A stretch of 28,069 nucleotides of DNA from assembly GCA_020629615.1 (NCBI GenBank), contig JAHDCZ010000036.1:1-28069 (forward strand). Reading direction: 5' to 3'. The number at the start of each line of letters is the position of its first letter. The stretch's first letter is position 1. The translations under genes and the position numbers were made by a program. The DNA comes from Saprospiraceae bacterium (GTDB lineage Bacteria > Bacteroidota > Bacteroidia > Chitinophagales > Saprospiraceae). Below are positions 9,022 through 17,765 of this stretch, piece after piece. The notes beneath the pieces were generated by a model, which was not told where the DNA came from, ran no database searches, and saw only the letters and a list, made by a program, of their open reading frames with translations.

Positions 9022-9223
9022 TGTTATACTTTTTTTCTAGTTTATTTATTTTCTTTTCTAATCGCATTAAATACAAAGCCAAACCAATAATTACAACGGC
9101 AATCACTGCAATCACACAATAAATCATTCCGGTGCTACGAAGAAAATCTGCATCGTTCGCCTGAGCGAAAACAGTGGATTCAAAACTAAAAAGAAGTAAT
9201 AAAATCAAGAACATTTTATTCAT
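9014..9223 (-). CDS. CcmD-like small membrane protein (heme exporter protein D family)
   Basis: The 70-aa version starts at the ATG at 9223: MNKMFLILLLLFSFESTVFAQANDADFLRS, then a transmembrane helix IYCVIAVIAVVIIGLALYL, then a basic tail RLEKKINKLEKK. It lies directly downstream of the ccmB/ccmC-like genes. The longer 118-aa ORF (to 9370) adds a low-complexity N-terminus and is less likely. Confidence 0.45.
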   Translation of the reverse strand: MNKMFLILLLLFSFESTVFAQANDADFLRSTGMIYCVIAVIAVVIIGLALYLMRLEKKINKLEKKYNNG

Positions 9224-9404
9224 TCGAAAAGGAAAGGCTAGGTAGGAATTCATAAAAAAAATGACACTCTGTACGCTTTGCATAGCTTTGAAGAAAAAAT
9301 CAAAACTCGCTTTTTTTAAAATACTTTTAAAGTCCATTTGTATTCTGTTCCTTAAACCAAAAGTCGTCATTTTATTAGAATAAGTATCATTCTAGACGAA
9401 TATT

Positions 9405-10466
9405 TTATTCTTGTGACTGCAATTTATCGGCTACGTTACTTATTCGGATTTTTAAACTAGCGATCCAAATACCCAACAAGGTAAAACCAATTATGGAAGG
9501 ATAAAAAACCATGCGCAAGGTATTATCCAAGTCTTCGCCTCCGAAGGCGGGATTTCCTCCATTCCCAGGATGCAAACTATCGGTCATTCTCGGAATAATG
9601 AATACAAGTGCAATTAATGCGAAGAAAGCAAAAATGCTATACACCGCACTCAATTTGGCTCTTCTGTCCAAATCAGGTATCGAACTCCTCAAGACCAAGT
9701 AGGCGAAATATATCAGCATCGCTACTGCGGTCATATTTAATTTAACATCTGTTGTCCAAAAGGCTCCCCATGCAAATTTGGCCCAAATTGAACCCGTTAT
9801 CAACCCCAAAATTCCATAAAGTATCGCGACAGCAGTAAACGCATAAGCTTTGGTATCCAATTCTAATGAAGGTGATCGTAAATAGCCTACATTATACACC
9901 AAAGATATGATCAACAATATAAACATGGCAAACCACAAAGCCACGTGATAAAATGTGTTTCTTACGGTTTCATAAATCACATTTCGATATGGAAAACGAA
10001 ATTCTTCCATGGTATAAACCTCTTCCAAGGTATTTGAACGAGACCAAGGAGCAAGCCCTTTCAAAGAATCAATAGCATTTTGCTTGATAAAAACAGCACT
10101 TGGAAGAATAGATCCTTTATCCTCATCATTACTCACAATGAGATTCACTTGGACGATAGAGTCTTTACTAGGAAGATATTCAGGAATATCAAAAACAGCA
10201 GTCATCACATCGTAAGTAATAGACGCACAAAATCTTGATTGAATATAATACGAGCTATCAATCTTTAACCATGCCGTGGTTTCATTTTGATCATAGTTAG
10301 AATTATATCCTTTTACCTTCAACCTTAGCTGAGTTCCTGCTTGGGCGTTGTAGGGATAAACCTCCAATATACCGGGTTTCAAAGGAGTACCCATTCCCAC
10401 GATCAAAGTATAAAGCATTAAAACAATACTTAAAATTTTCCACCAATGCTTTTTAATTCTATCCAT
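9405..10466 (-). CDS. CcmC-like heme exporter / cytochrome c assembly protein with an N-terminal periplasmic extension
   Basis: WWD-type motif WGAFWTTDVKL (compare WGxxWxWDxRL). A conserved SLHPG segment and multiple transmembrane helices. The extra N-terminal transmembrane helix plus a roughly 140-aa soluble domain are not found in classical 250-aa CcmC. Confidence 0.65.
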   Translation of the reverse strand: MDRIKKHWWKILSIVLMLYTLIVGMGTPLKPGILEVYPYNAQAGTQLRLKVKGYNSNYDQNETTAWLKIDSSYYIQSRFCASITYDVMTAVFDIPEYLPSKDSIVQVNLIVSNDEDKGSILPSAVFIKQNAIDSLKGLAPWSRSNTLEEVYTMEEFRFPYRNVIYETVRNTFYHVALWFAMFILLIISLVYNVGYLRSPSLELDTKAYAFTAVAILYGILGLITGSIWAKFAWGAFWTTDVKLNMTAVAMLIYFAYLVLRSSIPDLDRRAKLSAVYSIFAFFALIALVFIIPRMTDSLHPGNGGNPAFGGEDLDNTLRMVFYPSIIGFTLLGIWIASLKIRISNVADKLQSQE

Positions 10467-10469
10467 AAT

Positions 10470-11156
10470 CTAAGCTCTCCATAATATAGGAAAAAGTAAG
10501 ATAGCTAATCCAAACATAAGCATATCTATACCAATTAAATACATAAAATCGACATCAACCGAAGAATCCAAGATAATACCAATCGCTTGAGCACTAATCT
10601 TGATCGCCAATAATAATACCGGCAATACAATTGGCAAAGCCATTACCGCCATGAGCGTAGCATTATTATGACCTAAGCCAGAAATTGCTGCGACAAAGGT
10701 AAATATCGTCGAAATGCCAAAACATGCCAAGACAAGCCCTGATCCAAACAGTGTAAAATCTTTAATGGGATTCAGCGTAAAAAAACTGAGTAGACCAAAA
10801 AGCAATACGGCCAGTACCAATGAGAATAAAAAGTTATAAATGATCTTAGACAAAATAACTTTTATGGGATCGAACAAGGTGTAATAATATATAGCTCGAT
10901 CTCTACCCTCTTGAACAAAACTCTTTAAAATGCTATTCAGACAAACGAAAAGAAAGATAATCCAGTACATGACATTCCAAGTTTCTTGGGTCAACTGGTT
11001 GAACGATTTGTATATCACAAAAACCGTGGTGAACAAAAACAATACAATTCCGGCTGCTGCGTGCTTTTGACGCAATTCTATCGAAAAATCCTTGGCTATT
11101 AAATATAATATTTGCTTCAATTCTACCGAGCTAAATCTTACCAAAGATAGAATCAA
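10470..11156 (-). CDS. CcmB-like ABC-type heme exporter permease
   Basis: 228 aa and six predicted transmembrane helices. N-terminal IAKDFSIELRQKHA resembles the CcmB RDLRLE region. Followed, with a 3-nt gap, by the CcmC-like gene. TTG start. Confidence 0.6.
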   Translation of the reverse strand: MILSLVRFSSVELKQILYLIAKDFSIELRQKHAAAGIVLFLFTTVFVIYKSFNQLTQETWNVMYWIIFLFVCLNSILKSFVQEGRDRAIYYYTLFDPIKVILSKIIYNFLFSLVLAVLLFGLLSFFTLNPIKDFTLFGSGLVLACFGISTIFTFVAAISGLGHNNATLMAVMALPIVLPVLLLAIKISAQAIGIILDSSVDVDFMYLIGIDMLMFGLAILLFPILWRA

Positions 11157-11272
11157 TCTTAGAGAATCCTATGTCTTTTAGTATAAAATGAATTATTCAT
11201 TGAATTATGGTAAAATAAATACAAATAGCAAGATTAACACCACTTTACATATTACAATTAATTATAATTTGA

Positions 11273-11280
11273 TATATTTG
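11273..11280 (+). promoter_or_regulatory. Bacteroidetes-type -7 promoter box (TAnnTTTG) for the amidase gene
   Basis: tatatttg lies 23 nt upstream of the ATG at 11304. Assumes Bacteroidetes sigma-A. Confidence 0.4.
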
Positions 11281-11303
11281 TATCTGGTCTTAATACTACA
11301 ATT

Positions 11304-12551
11304 ATGAAATGCTTACTCAAATTGAGCTTTGCGCTCTTCTTTCTTTTCGGTCAAGCCGAAATTGGGATGACTCAATCTCAAGAATTTCATCAAGTCAAAG
11401 CCAAATCTGGAGATGGTGTTTATTCACTGCTTCGTCGATATACATTGAATAATGATCCTTGCAATGTTAAAAAATTCTACGAACTGAATGGTATTCCCAA
11501 CGATGCCCCATTACTGCAAGGAAAAGAATACATTCTACCTGTTTATCTCTATACCTATAACGGTCGAAGCATAAGAAGTACTATCGGGATTGAAAGCTGG
11601 AAAGAGGCTGTCAAAATCAAAGAATATAATGAAGATTTAAAAGCGAGAGGATTACGCAAAACACATTATACTGACAGCAAAATTTTATGGGTGCCTTATG
11701 CGAATGTCAATTGTAATCTCGTCACTGGAAAAGAACTTGTCAACAATCAAAAACCCCATTCGACGAAAGTCAAAAAAACAAAAAATGAAGCCTCTAAGAT
11801 AAAGACAACTGGCAAGTTTATTTATGAACCATTATTTGGAAAAGATTTTGCCAATGTAGAAATCCACGACACGAGATTAAAAAATGAAGTTTACTATGTA
11901 GTTTCTGGACATGGAGGTCCTGATCCCGGTGCACAATGCTTAAAGTGTGCCAATACCATGTGCGAAGATGAATATGCCTATGATGTTTCATTGAGACTCG
12001 CAAGAAACTTAATGCAGCACGGGGCAACTGTTCATATAATAATCCAAGACAAAACTGATGGTATCCGCACAGAACCATATCTGGATTGTGACCATGATGA
12101 AATATGCATGGGAAACGTACAAATCCCTGCTAAACAGAAAAAAAGATTACATCAGCGCTCTAATGCGATTAACAGATTATTTACTAAACACAAAAGCCAA
12201 GGTGTGAAAAAGCAAAAAGCTATTTTCATTCATGTCGATTCTAGAGGAGTTGGTAAAAGTCAGGATGTATTTTTCTATCATTATGGACCAAGCAAAAAAA
12301 GTAAAGCATTATGTCATGACCTTCAAAATACATTTAAAAAGAAGTATAATAAATATCAAAAAGGCAGAGGTTATAAGGGACATGTCACGGGTAGAGGACT
12401 TTATGTATTACGAAACACGTATCCAATCGCAGCTTTTGTAGAATTAGCGAACATTCAGAACGCAAATGACCAAGAGAGAATCACACGACCAAGCAATCGG
12501 CAAGCTTTAGCCAATTGGTTATTTGAAGGTCTATCCGGTATAGCGATGTAA
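11304..12551 (+). CDS. N-acetylmuramoyl-L-alanine amidase (Amidase_3) with an N-terminal LysM-like domain
   Basis: Signal peptide MKCLLKLSFALFFLFGQAEIG. LysM-like KSGDGVYSLLRRY...GKEYILPV. Amidase_3 signature YYVVSGHGGPDPGAQ. Confidence 0.8.
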   Translation: MKCLLKLSFALFFLFGQAEIGMTQSQEFHQVKAKSGDGVYSLLRRYTLNNDPCNVKKFYELNGIPNDAPLLQGKEYILPVYLYTYNGRSIRSTIGIESWKEAVKIKEYNEDLKARGLRKTHYTDSKILWVPYANVNCNLVTGKELVNNQKPHSTKVKKTKNEASKIKTTGKFIYEPLFGKDFANVEIHDTRLKNEVYYVVSGHGGPDPGAQCLKCANTMCEDEYAYDVSLRLARNLMQHGATVHIIIQDKTDGIRTEPYLDCDHDEICMGNVQIPAKQKKRLHQRSNAINRLFTKHKSQGVKKQKAIFIHVDSRGVGKSQDVFFYHYGPSKKSKALCHDLQNTFKKKYNKYQKGRGYKGHVTGRGLYVLRNTYPIAAFVELANIQNANDQERITRPSNRQALANWLFEGLSGIAM

Positions 12552-13481
12552 TTAAACTTGATAAAGCAGATTACAGCCACGAAGCATGGCGTGATCTAAG
12601 CGCCCCAGTACCTGAAATCGATCGTCGTTCATTTTGATTCCGATGTCAGATGTTTCTATAAACGAACATTGTTCGACATTGGCTAAATCAATGACATTTA
12701 ATACTCCAGACTTTCCCATCTTATTCAGGGCAAAAGGATCTGAAAGATCCTTGACAATTATTTTCATGGTAGGGCTACAAACAAATACTCCATCACCTTT
12801 GGAATAGGCTTGAGATAACAACTCAGTCATTCCATACTCAGAATGAACACTTTTTAAATGTAATTTCTCCTTTAGTATGTCATGCAGTTCAAAACGTGGA
12901 ATTTCTCTTCGCCTACCTTTCATACCACCTGTTTCCATGACGACTATGCTGGATAAATCCATGGCATAGTTTTCTGCAAAATCAAGTAAGGCAAAACTAA
13001 CCCCAATTAATATAGTAGGAATTTTACGACGGACAACTTCCTTAAGTTTGTTTTGTAAATCATTCAAATTGTCCAAAAAGAATCCACTTTGCTCATACTT
13101 AGAATGGCGAATAAAATGATCGACCATATAAACCAAAGAAGAATTCTTTCTTTCAAGATAAGAAGGGAGTAGAGCCATCCAGCAATATGATTTTGGGTCT
13201 CCATAAATGGAAGTGAATCCTTGTTCGACATTTTGTTGGTACCATGCTATATCATGAAGATGCAATTTACTCGTTGTGCTCCCACTCGTTCCACTACTTT
13301 CAAAAATGACCTCTTTTGATAATCCTTTACGCAGGACTTTGTAATGTCGAAATGCGGAAATGGGCAAAAAAGGAATATGTTCCAGCGTGACAATGTCATC
13401 GGGATTTACATTTAAATCTTCAACAAATTGGTGATACACTTCGTTATAACGATACTGATATCGGAATACATCCAAGGCCAA
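12552..13481 (-). CDS. LuxE-family acyl-protein synthetase / acyltransferase-like protein
   Basis: N-terminal RYQYRYNEVYHQFVEDL...IPFLPISAFR and SSGTSGSTTSKLHLHD resemble the LuxE (PF04443) adenylate-forming family. 309 aa. Confidence 0.45.
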   Translation of the reverse strand: MALDVFRYQYRYNEVYHQFVEDLNVNPDDIVTLEHIPFLPISAFRHYKVLRKGLSKEVIFESSGTSGSTTSKLHLHDIAWYQQNVEQGFTSIYGDPKSYCWMALLPSYLERKNSSLVYMVDHFIRHSKYEQSGFFLDNLNDLQNKLKEVVRRKIPTILIGVSFALLDFAENYAMDLSSIVVMETGGMKGRRREIPRFELHDILKEKLHLKSVHSEYGMTELLSQAYSKGDGVFVCSPTMKIIVKDLSDPFALNKMGKSGVLNVIDLANVEQCSFIETSDIGIKMNDDRFQVLGRLDHAMLRGCNLLYQV

Positions 13482-13585
13482 TTCATCAAATTGTTCAGGA
13501 TGATTGAAGAGATCAGAAACTCGTTGAATAATATTTGATTTATCAGAAATGATTGTAGCTTTAATTAAAATCCAATAAGGAAAAG

Positions 13586-14071
13586 ATGTTCAAATATAGC
13601 CTTTATATCACGATCATAAGTTTAATATTCGCTTCGTGTGTAAGTTCGCCTGATTACTCTGACATTCCTGAGATTACTTTCTTGAGCATGTCTGACAATC
13701 AGATGATCCAGGGCATTGGTGAAGACTCCCTATTTTTGAGCTTTAGTTTTACAGACGGGGACGGCGATATTGGAGAAAGTGCAAATAACAACATATTGAA
13801 TGTTACTCTAATTGACAATCGAACAGGTGAAATCTATGATCGCTTTAAGACTCCAGAGATTCCGCAACAAGGTACTGGCAACGGAATTAGCGGTGAGGTG
13901 AGATTATTGGTTTTAACGACTTGCTGTATATTTCCTGATGGTATTCCACCTTGCATGTCGCCTGTCGAATATCCTACAAACGAACTCAGTTTTGACATTC
14001 AGCTAACTGATCGAGCTGGAAATCAGAGTAATGTGATCACCACACCAAGTATCACTCTTCTTTGTAATTAA
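13586..14071 (+). CDS. Small lipoprotein, hypothetical
   Basis: Signal peptide with lipobox IISLIFASC. No recognisable domain. A Cys pair (LTTCCIFPDGIPPC) is present. Confidence 0.5.
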   Translation: MFKYSLYITIISLIFASCVSSPDYSDIPEITFLSMSDNQMIQGIGEDSLFLSFSFTDGDGDIGESANNNILNVTLIDNRTGEIYDRFKTPEIPQQGTGNGISGEVRLLVLTTCCIFPDGIPPCMSPVEYPTNELSFDIQLTDRAGNQSNVITTPSITLLCN

Positions 14072-14954
14072 TCCAGTCAATTCCTTTAACCAACAAATTC
14101 TGAGTCTTGTCCTCTGGCGATCCCAAAACTACTTGGTGATCATATACCCAATGCGCTCGGGGAGGCATACTCATTAAAATTGATTCAGTCCGGCCATTGG
14201 TATCAAGTCCAAACTTTGTCCCCCTGTCCCAAACCAAATTAAATTCAACATATCGGCTTCTACGTAAATACTGCCATTCCTGATTGGATTTAGTGTAGCT
14301 TTTGTTCTTATGCCTTTCGGCTAATGTGATATAGATTGGTACAAAACTATTTCCTATATCCATTACAAAATCAAAGCACGATTCCTTAGATCCAAATTCT
14401 TTATCGTTTACACGATCGAAAAAAATTCCTCCTATCCCTCTAGTTTCGTTTCGATGTTTAATGAAAAAATAATCATCGGCCCAAGTTTTGAATTTAGGAT
14501 ACCATTGATCACCATAGCTATCACATTTTTCTTTAAGGAAAGAATGAAAGAAAATGGCATCATTTATATCCACATAATGAGGCGTTACATCAATTCCTCC
14601 TCCAAACCACCAATCACCTTGATCCGTTTCAAAGTAGCGGACATTCATGTGTATGATTGGCAACATAGGATTCTTTGGATGCAAAACAATAGAAACTCCA
14701 GTCGCAAAAAAATTATTAGGTGCGATGCCCAAGGCATTGGCTATTTTGGATGGCATTTTACCATGAACAGCAGAGAAATTTACACCACCTTTTTCAATGA
14801 TCTCACCAGTGATGGCTCGAGATCGTCCTCCACCTCCTCCTTCTCTCTCCCATCGATCTTCTTGAAAAACATTCTTATTTTCTAAGTTATTGATCTCAGT
14901 ACAAATATCATCTTGTAAGGATTGAAACCACGCTGAAATATGCTCTTTTTTCAT
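14052..14954 (-). CDS. hemF: Oxygen-dependent coproporphyrinogen III oxidase
   Basis: HemF hallmark WEREGGGGGRSRAITGEIIEKGGVNFSAVHG. 300 aa. Confidence 0.9.
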   Translation of the reverse strand: MKKEHISAWFQSLQDDICTEINNLENKNVFQEDRWEREGGGGGRSRAITGEIIEKGGVNFSAVHGKMPSKIANALGIAPNNFFATGVSIVLHPKNPMLPIIHMNVRYFETDQGDWWFGGGIDVTPHYVDINDAIFFHSFLKEKCDSYGDQWYPKFKTWADDYFFIKHRNETRGIGGIFFDRVNDKEFGSKESCFDFVMDIGNSFVPIYITLAERHKNKSYTKSNQEWQYLRRSRYVEFNLVWDRGTKFGLDTNGRTESILMSMPPRAHWVYDHQVVLGSPEDKTQNLLVKGIDWINYKEE

Positions 14955-15301
14955 TTCAATTTTTCTTTAATGGCGTCGACCACTTTGGCGGAGTTTCCGA
15001 TAAAAATTTCTTCATCAATAATAATTACAGGACGTTTTAGAAAAGTGTATTCTTCTAAAATTAAAGATTTATAGTCAGTCTCTTTTAATTCTTTATCCTT
15101 TAGACCCATAGATTTATACTTCATCGCTCTACGACTGAATAATGATTCATAAGACCCACTCAAGGATTTCATTTCTTCAATCTGCTTCTTTGTAATTTTT
15201 TCCTCTTTGATATTTTGCAAGACAAAACTGTTGTCCACCCCTAATTCTTTATTTATTCGTTGACATGTGCTACAAGTTTTTAAGTAGTATATTTTCTTCA
15301 T
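14951..15301 (-). CDS. ArsC/Spx/YffB-family thioredoxin-fold protein (arsenate-reductase-like)
   Basis: MKKIYYLKTCSTCQRINKEL N-terminal motif. 116 aa. Stop overlaps the hemF start (ATGA). Confidence 0.75.
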   Translation of the reverse strand: MKKIYYLKTCSTCQRINKELGVDNSFVLQNIKEEKITKKQIEEMKSLSGSYESLFSRRAMKYKSMGLKDKELKETDYKSLILEEYTFLKRPVIIIDEEIFIGNSAKVVDAIKEKLK

Positions 15302-15310
15302 CGGTAATAT

Positions 15311-15318
15311 TTATATTT
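15311..15318 (+). promoter_or_regulatory. Candidate -7 box (tatatttg) for the phosphorylase-family gene
   Basis: TAnnTTTG match about 19 nt upstream of the ATG at 15337. A TAttTTTG match on the opposite strand in the same 35-bp gap could serve the arsC-hemF operon. Confidence 0.35.
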
Positions 15319-15336
15319 GACAAAAATAAAACAACT

Positions 15337-16209
15337 ATGGTCATTCCTTCGTCAGAACTTATACTCAATCCGGATGGCTCAATTTATCACTTGGCAGTTT
15401 GTCCTGGTCAAATGGCAATGGACATCATTACAGTGGGAGATCCAGATCGTGTTGATGCGGTGACCCAGCATTTTGACAACATAGAATTCACTATTCATCG
15501 AAGAGAATTTAAAACGACGACTGGAACTTACAAAGGAAAGAGAATTAGCGTAATTTCAACGGGTATTGGCACCGATAATATTGACATCGTATTTAACGAA
15601 ATTGATGCGCTTTTCAATATTGATTTTGCAACAAGACAAATTCGAGAAGAGCTACAGTCCCTAAACTTTTATCGAATTGGAACATCGGGAAGCATAAGTG
15701 AAAAGGTAAAAGTCGATGACTTTCTATATTCTGAAATGGCAATAGGCTTTGATGGTTTGATCCATTACTATGATTTGGACGAAAGTCCGAAAGAAAAAGA
15801 ATTGAATTTAAGTTTTAAAGATCAGTTTGAAACCATTCAAGAAAAGTATCGCCCCTATTTTGTTGAAGGCAATCAGTCATTAGCACAAAAATTCAAAAAT
15901 GATTTTAAGTCTGGTGTGACGCTTACCGCGAATGGGTTTTATGGTCCGCAAGGAAGACATCTGAGATTGAACAGCAGTTTTAGAACGGAGCTTTCTGATG
16001 TTTTTAATACTAAGTTAAATGGTTTTGAATTCACCAATTTGGAAATGGAAACCGCCGGAATTTATGGTATATCCCGTCTGTTAAATCACAGAGCCATTTC
16101 CCTCAATGCCATTCTTGCGAATAGAGTAACTCAAGAATTCAGTAAGCAACCAACCCACACAATACAAGAAATGATCAAACTTAGCTTGGACTTAATAGCT
16201 AAAGATTAG
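15337..16209 (+). CDS. Nucleoside phosphorylase-I (PNP/UDP) family protein
   Basis: [12 protein letters not shown] (the GDPxR motif of the DeoD/Udp hexameric phosphorylase family), ISVISTGIG and EMETAG. Start moved to the ATG at 15337, since the longer ORF overlaps the minus-strand arsC gene and has a non-native-looking N-terminus. Confidence 0.6.
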   Translation: MVIPSSELILNPDGSIYHLAVCPGQMAMDIITVGDPDRVDAVTQHFDNIEFTIHRREFKTTTGTYKGKRISVISTGIGTDNIDIVFNEIDALFNIDFATRQIREELQSLNFYRIGTSGSISEKVKVDDFLYSEMAIGFDGLIHYYDLDESPKEKELNLSFKDQFETIQEKYRPYFVEGNQSLAQKFKNDFKSGVTLTANGFYGPQGRHLRLNSSFRTELSDVFNTKLNGFEFTNLEMETAGIYGISRLLNHRAISLNAILANRVTQEFSKQPTHTIQEMIKLSLDLIAKD

Positions 16210-16862
16210 GAATTTGATTTTTTATGATCCGCTAAAAACTTAGCCAATCCAATATCGGTTAAAGGATGCTTTAACAAACCCAAAATAGCATTAAGAGGAC
16301 AAGTGACTATATCTGCGCCTGATCTTGCGGCGTCAACTATATGCAAGCTGTTTCTTATGGATGCTGCCAAAATCTCAGTTTCAAATCCTTGAATCGCATA
16401 AATCTCCGCAATGTCCGAAATCAATTGCATTCCAGGCCAACTGATATCATCCAATCTTCCGATAAATGGAGATAGATACGTTGCACCGGCTTTAGCAGCT
16501 AGGATAGCTTGACCCGCAGAGAAAACCAAGGTACAGTTTGTTCTAATTCCATTTTTAGTAAAATGACTAATTGCTTTGACGCCATCACGGATCATTGGAA
16601 CTTTAACCACAATGTTTGGTGCAATCTCTGCTAATTTTTCCCCTTCACGAACGATACCCTCAAAATCCGTTGAGATTACTTCGGCACTAACGTCACCATC
16701 TACAAGATCGCAGATCATTTTATAATGTCCCAAAATATTTTCTTGACCATTAATGCCCTCTTTGGCCATTAACGAAGGATTGGTAGTGACTCCATCCAGA
16801 ATACCAAAGTCTTTCGCCTCTTGGATTTGTTCCAATGATGCTGTGTCAATAAAAAATTTCAT
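16206..16862 (-). CDS. tal: Fructose-6-phosphate aldolase / transaldolase (short TalC/Fsa type)
   Basis: [31 protein letters not shown]. 218 aa. Schiff-base lysine region VVKVPM. Confidence 0.85.
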   Translation of the reverse strand: MKFFIDTASLEQIQEAKDFGILDGVTTNPSLMAKEGINGQENILGHYKMICDLVDGDVSAEVISTDFEGIVREGEKLAEIAPNIVVKVPMIRDGVKAISHFTKNGIRTNCTLVFSAGQAILAAKAGATYLSPFIGRLDDISWPGMQLISDIAEIYAIQGFETEILAASIRNSLHIVDAARSGADIVTCPLNAILGLLKHPLTDIGLAKFLADHKKSNS

Positions 16863-16894
16863 CTTCTTAATTTAGGGGTGATTAGAAACAAAAA

Positions 16895-17010
16895 AGTGAG
16901 GAACTATACCCAGTCGCTCAACTTCCTACCCTTGCTGTGTTTCCACCCTGGGGGAGTTCAGAAGGAGCTGACCGTACAGCCCTCACCGAGCGCAAATGTA
17001 CAGCAAAAAT
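16895..17010 (+). ncRNA. Candidate structured RNA (GC-rich island). The SRP RNA (ffs) hypothesis is weak and the strand is uncertain
   Basis: An 80-nt stretch of about 60% GC sits in an AT-rich spacer. Long-range complementarity GUGAGG (16895-16900) to CCUCAC (16981-16986) and GCUGU (16944-16948) to ACAGC (16976-16980). CUGUGUUUCCACC resembles the CUGUUUACCAGG 5' flank of bacterial 4.5S RNA domain IV, and UUC-AGAA-GGA resembles the UCC-GGAA-GGA apical loop. The conserved GGAAGCAGC is not present. On the minus strand the same region ends in a weak hairpin plus U6 that could terminate rluA. Confidence 0.3.
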
Positions 17011-17035
17011 CAAATTTCTGTTATTCGTAAAGCAA

Positions 17036-17722
17036 TTATTTTGGAAAAAGAGACCAAGGAATGGTATTCGGTCGAGCATCCTTAATTTTAATGGGCTCTT
17101 GGCTAACAGGATGAATAAAAGAAAGCGAACGACAATGTAGACAAATAGATTTATTCTCCGTTGGATGCGGATAACCATATTTTAGATCTCCTACAATCGG
17201 ACAATTTATATATCCCAATTGAGCACGTATTTGATGTGGTCGCCCTGTCCTAGGATAAACATCGAGCATTACTTTGCCCGAAACCTCTGCTCGCATTTTA
17301 TATTCTAATATACCCTCTTTCGCACCTGTAGTCTTTTTTTTACTGGTATTGACTCGATTCTTCTTTGAATCCTTAGAGATAAAATGTTTTAGCATGGCAT
17401 TAAATTCCTTAGGTCTATTGCCTACGATCGCTACATAGTGTTTTTTTACTTTTCGTTCAGCAAACAGCCTGTTCATTCTTGCCAGCGCTTTCGATGTTCT
17501 GGCAAAAACAACGACACCACTTACGGGACGATCGAGTCGATGAACCAATCCCAAAAAAACATTTCCCGGTTTATTAAATTTCTTTTTAACTAAAGCTCTT
17601 GTAATTTCCAATAACGAATCGTCACCAGTTTTATCACCTTGCACAATAATGTTGGCAGGTTTACTTACTGCGATCAGATGATTGTCGGAGTACAGTATCT
17701 TTATATTATTGAATCTTGCCAT
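17036..17722 (-). CDS. RluA-family pseudouridine synthase
   Basis: HRLDRPVSGVVVFARTSKA catalytic motif. C-terminal Cys cluster (CLHCRSLSFIHPV). Start set at the ATG at 17722 (MARFNNIKILYSDNHLIAVSKP); the longer ORF to 17800 would overlap the divergent mqn gene. Confidence 0.8.
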   Translation of the reverse strand: MARFNNIKILYSDNHLIAVSKPANIIVQGDKTGDDSLLEITRALVKKKFNKPGNVFLGLVHRLDRPVSGVVVFARTSKALARMNRLFAERKVKKHYVAIVGNRPKEFNAMLKHFISKDSKKNRVNTSKKKTTGAKEGILEYKMRAEVSGKVMLDVYPRTGRPHQIRAQLGYINCPIVGDLKYGYPHPTENKSICLHCRSLSFIHPVSQEPIKIKDARPNTIPWSLFPK

Positions 17723-17740
17723 TGCTGCAAAAGAAACCTT

Positions 17741-17748
17741 TATTTTTG
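17741..17748 (+). promoter_or_regulatory. Candidate -7 box (tatttttg) for the mqnA/mqnD-family gene
   Basis: TAnnTTTG match 18 nt upstream of the ATG at 17766. Confidence 0.35.
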
Positions 17749-17765
17749 TAAATAAGAAACAAGAT

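Noticed and set aside
15265-15336. Extended N-termini of the phosphorylase-family gene (the longer rluA start at 17800 and the longer mqn start at 17682 are rejected the same way)
   Set aside because: The longer versions overlap the 5' ends of divergently transcribed genes and add non-conserved hydrophobic residues. Internal ATGs with upstream TAnnTTTG boxes are preferred.
16895-17010. Confident assignment of the GC-rich element as 4.5S/SRP RNA
   Set aside because: The near-universal GGAAGCAGC domain-IV motif is absent and the 5'/3' closing helix could not be found. Kept only as a low-confidence candidate.
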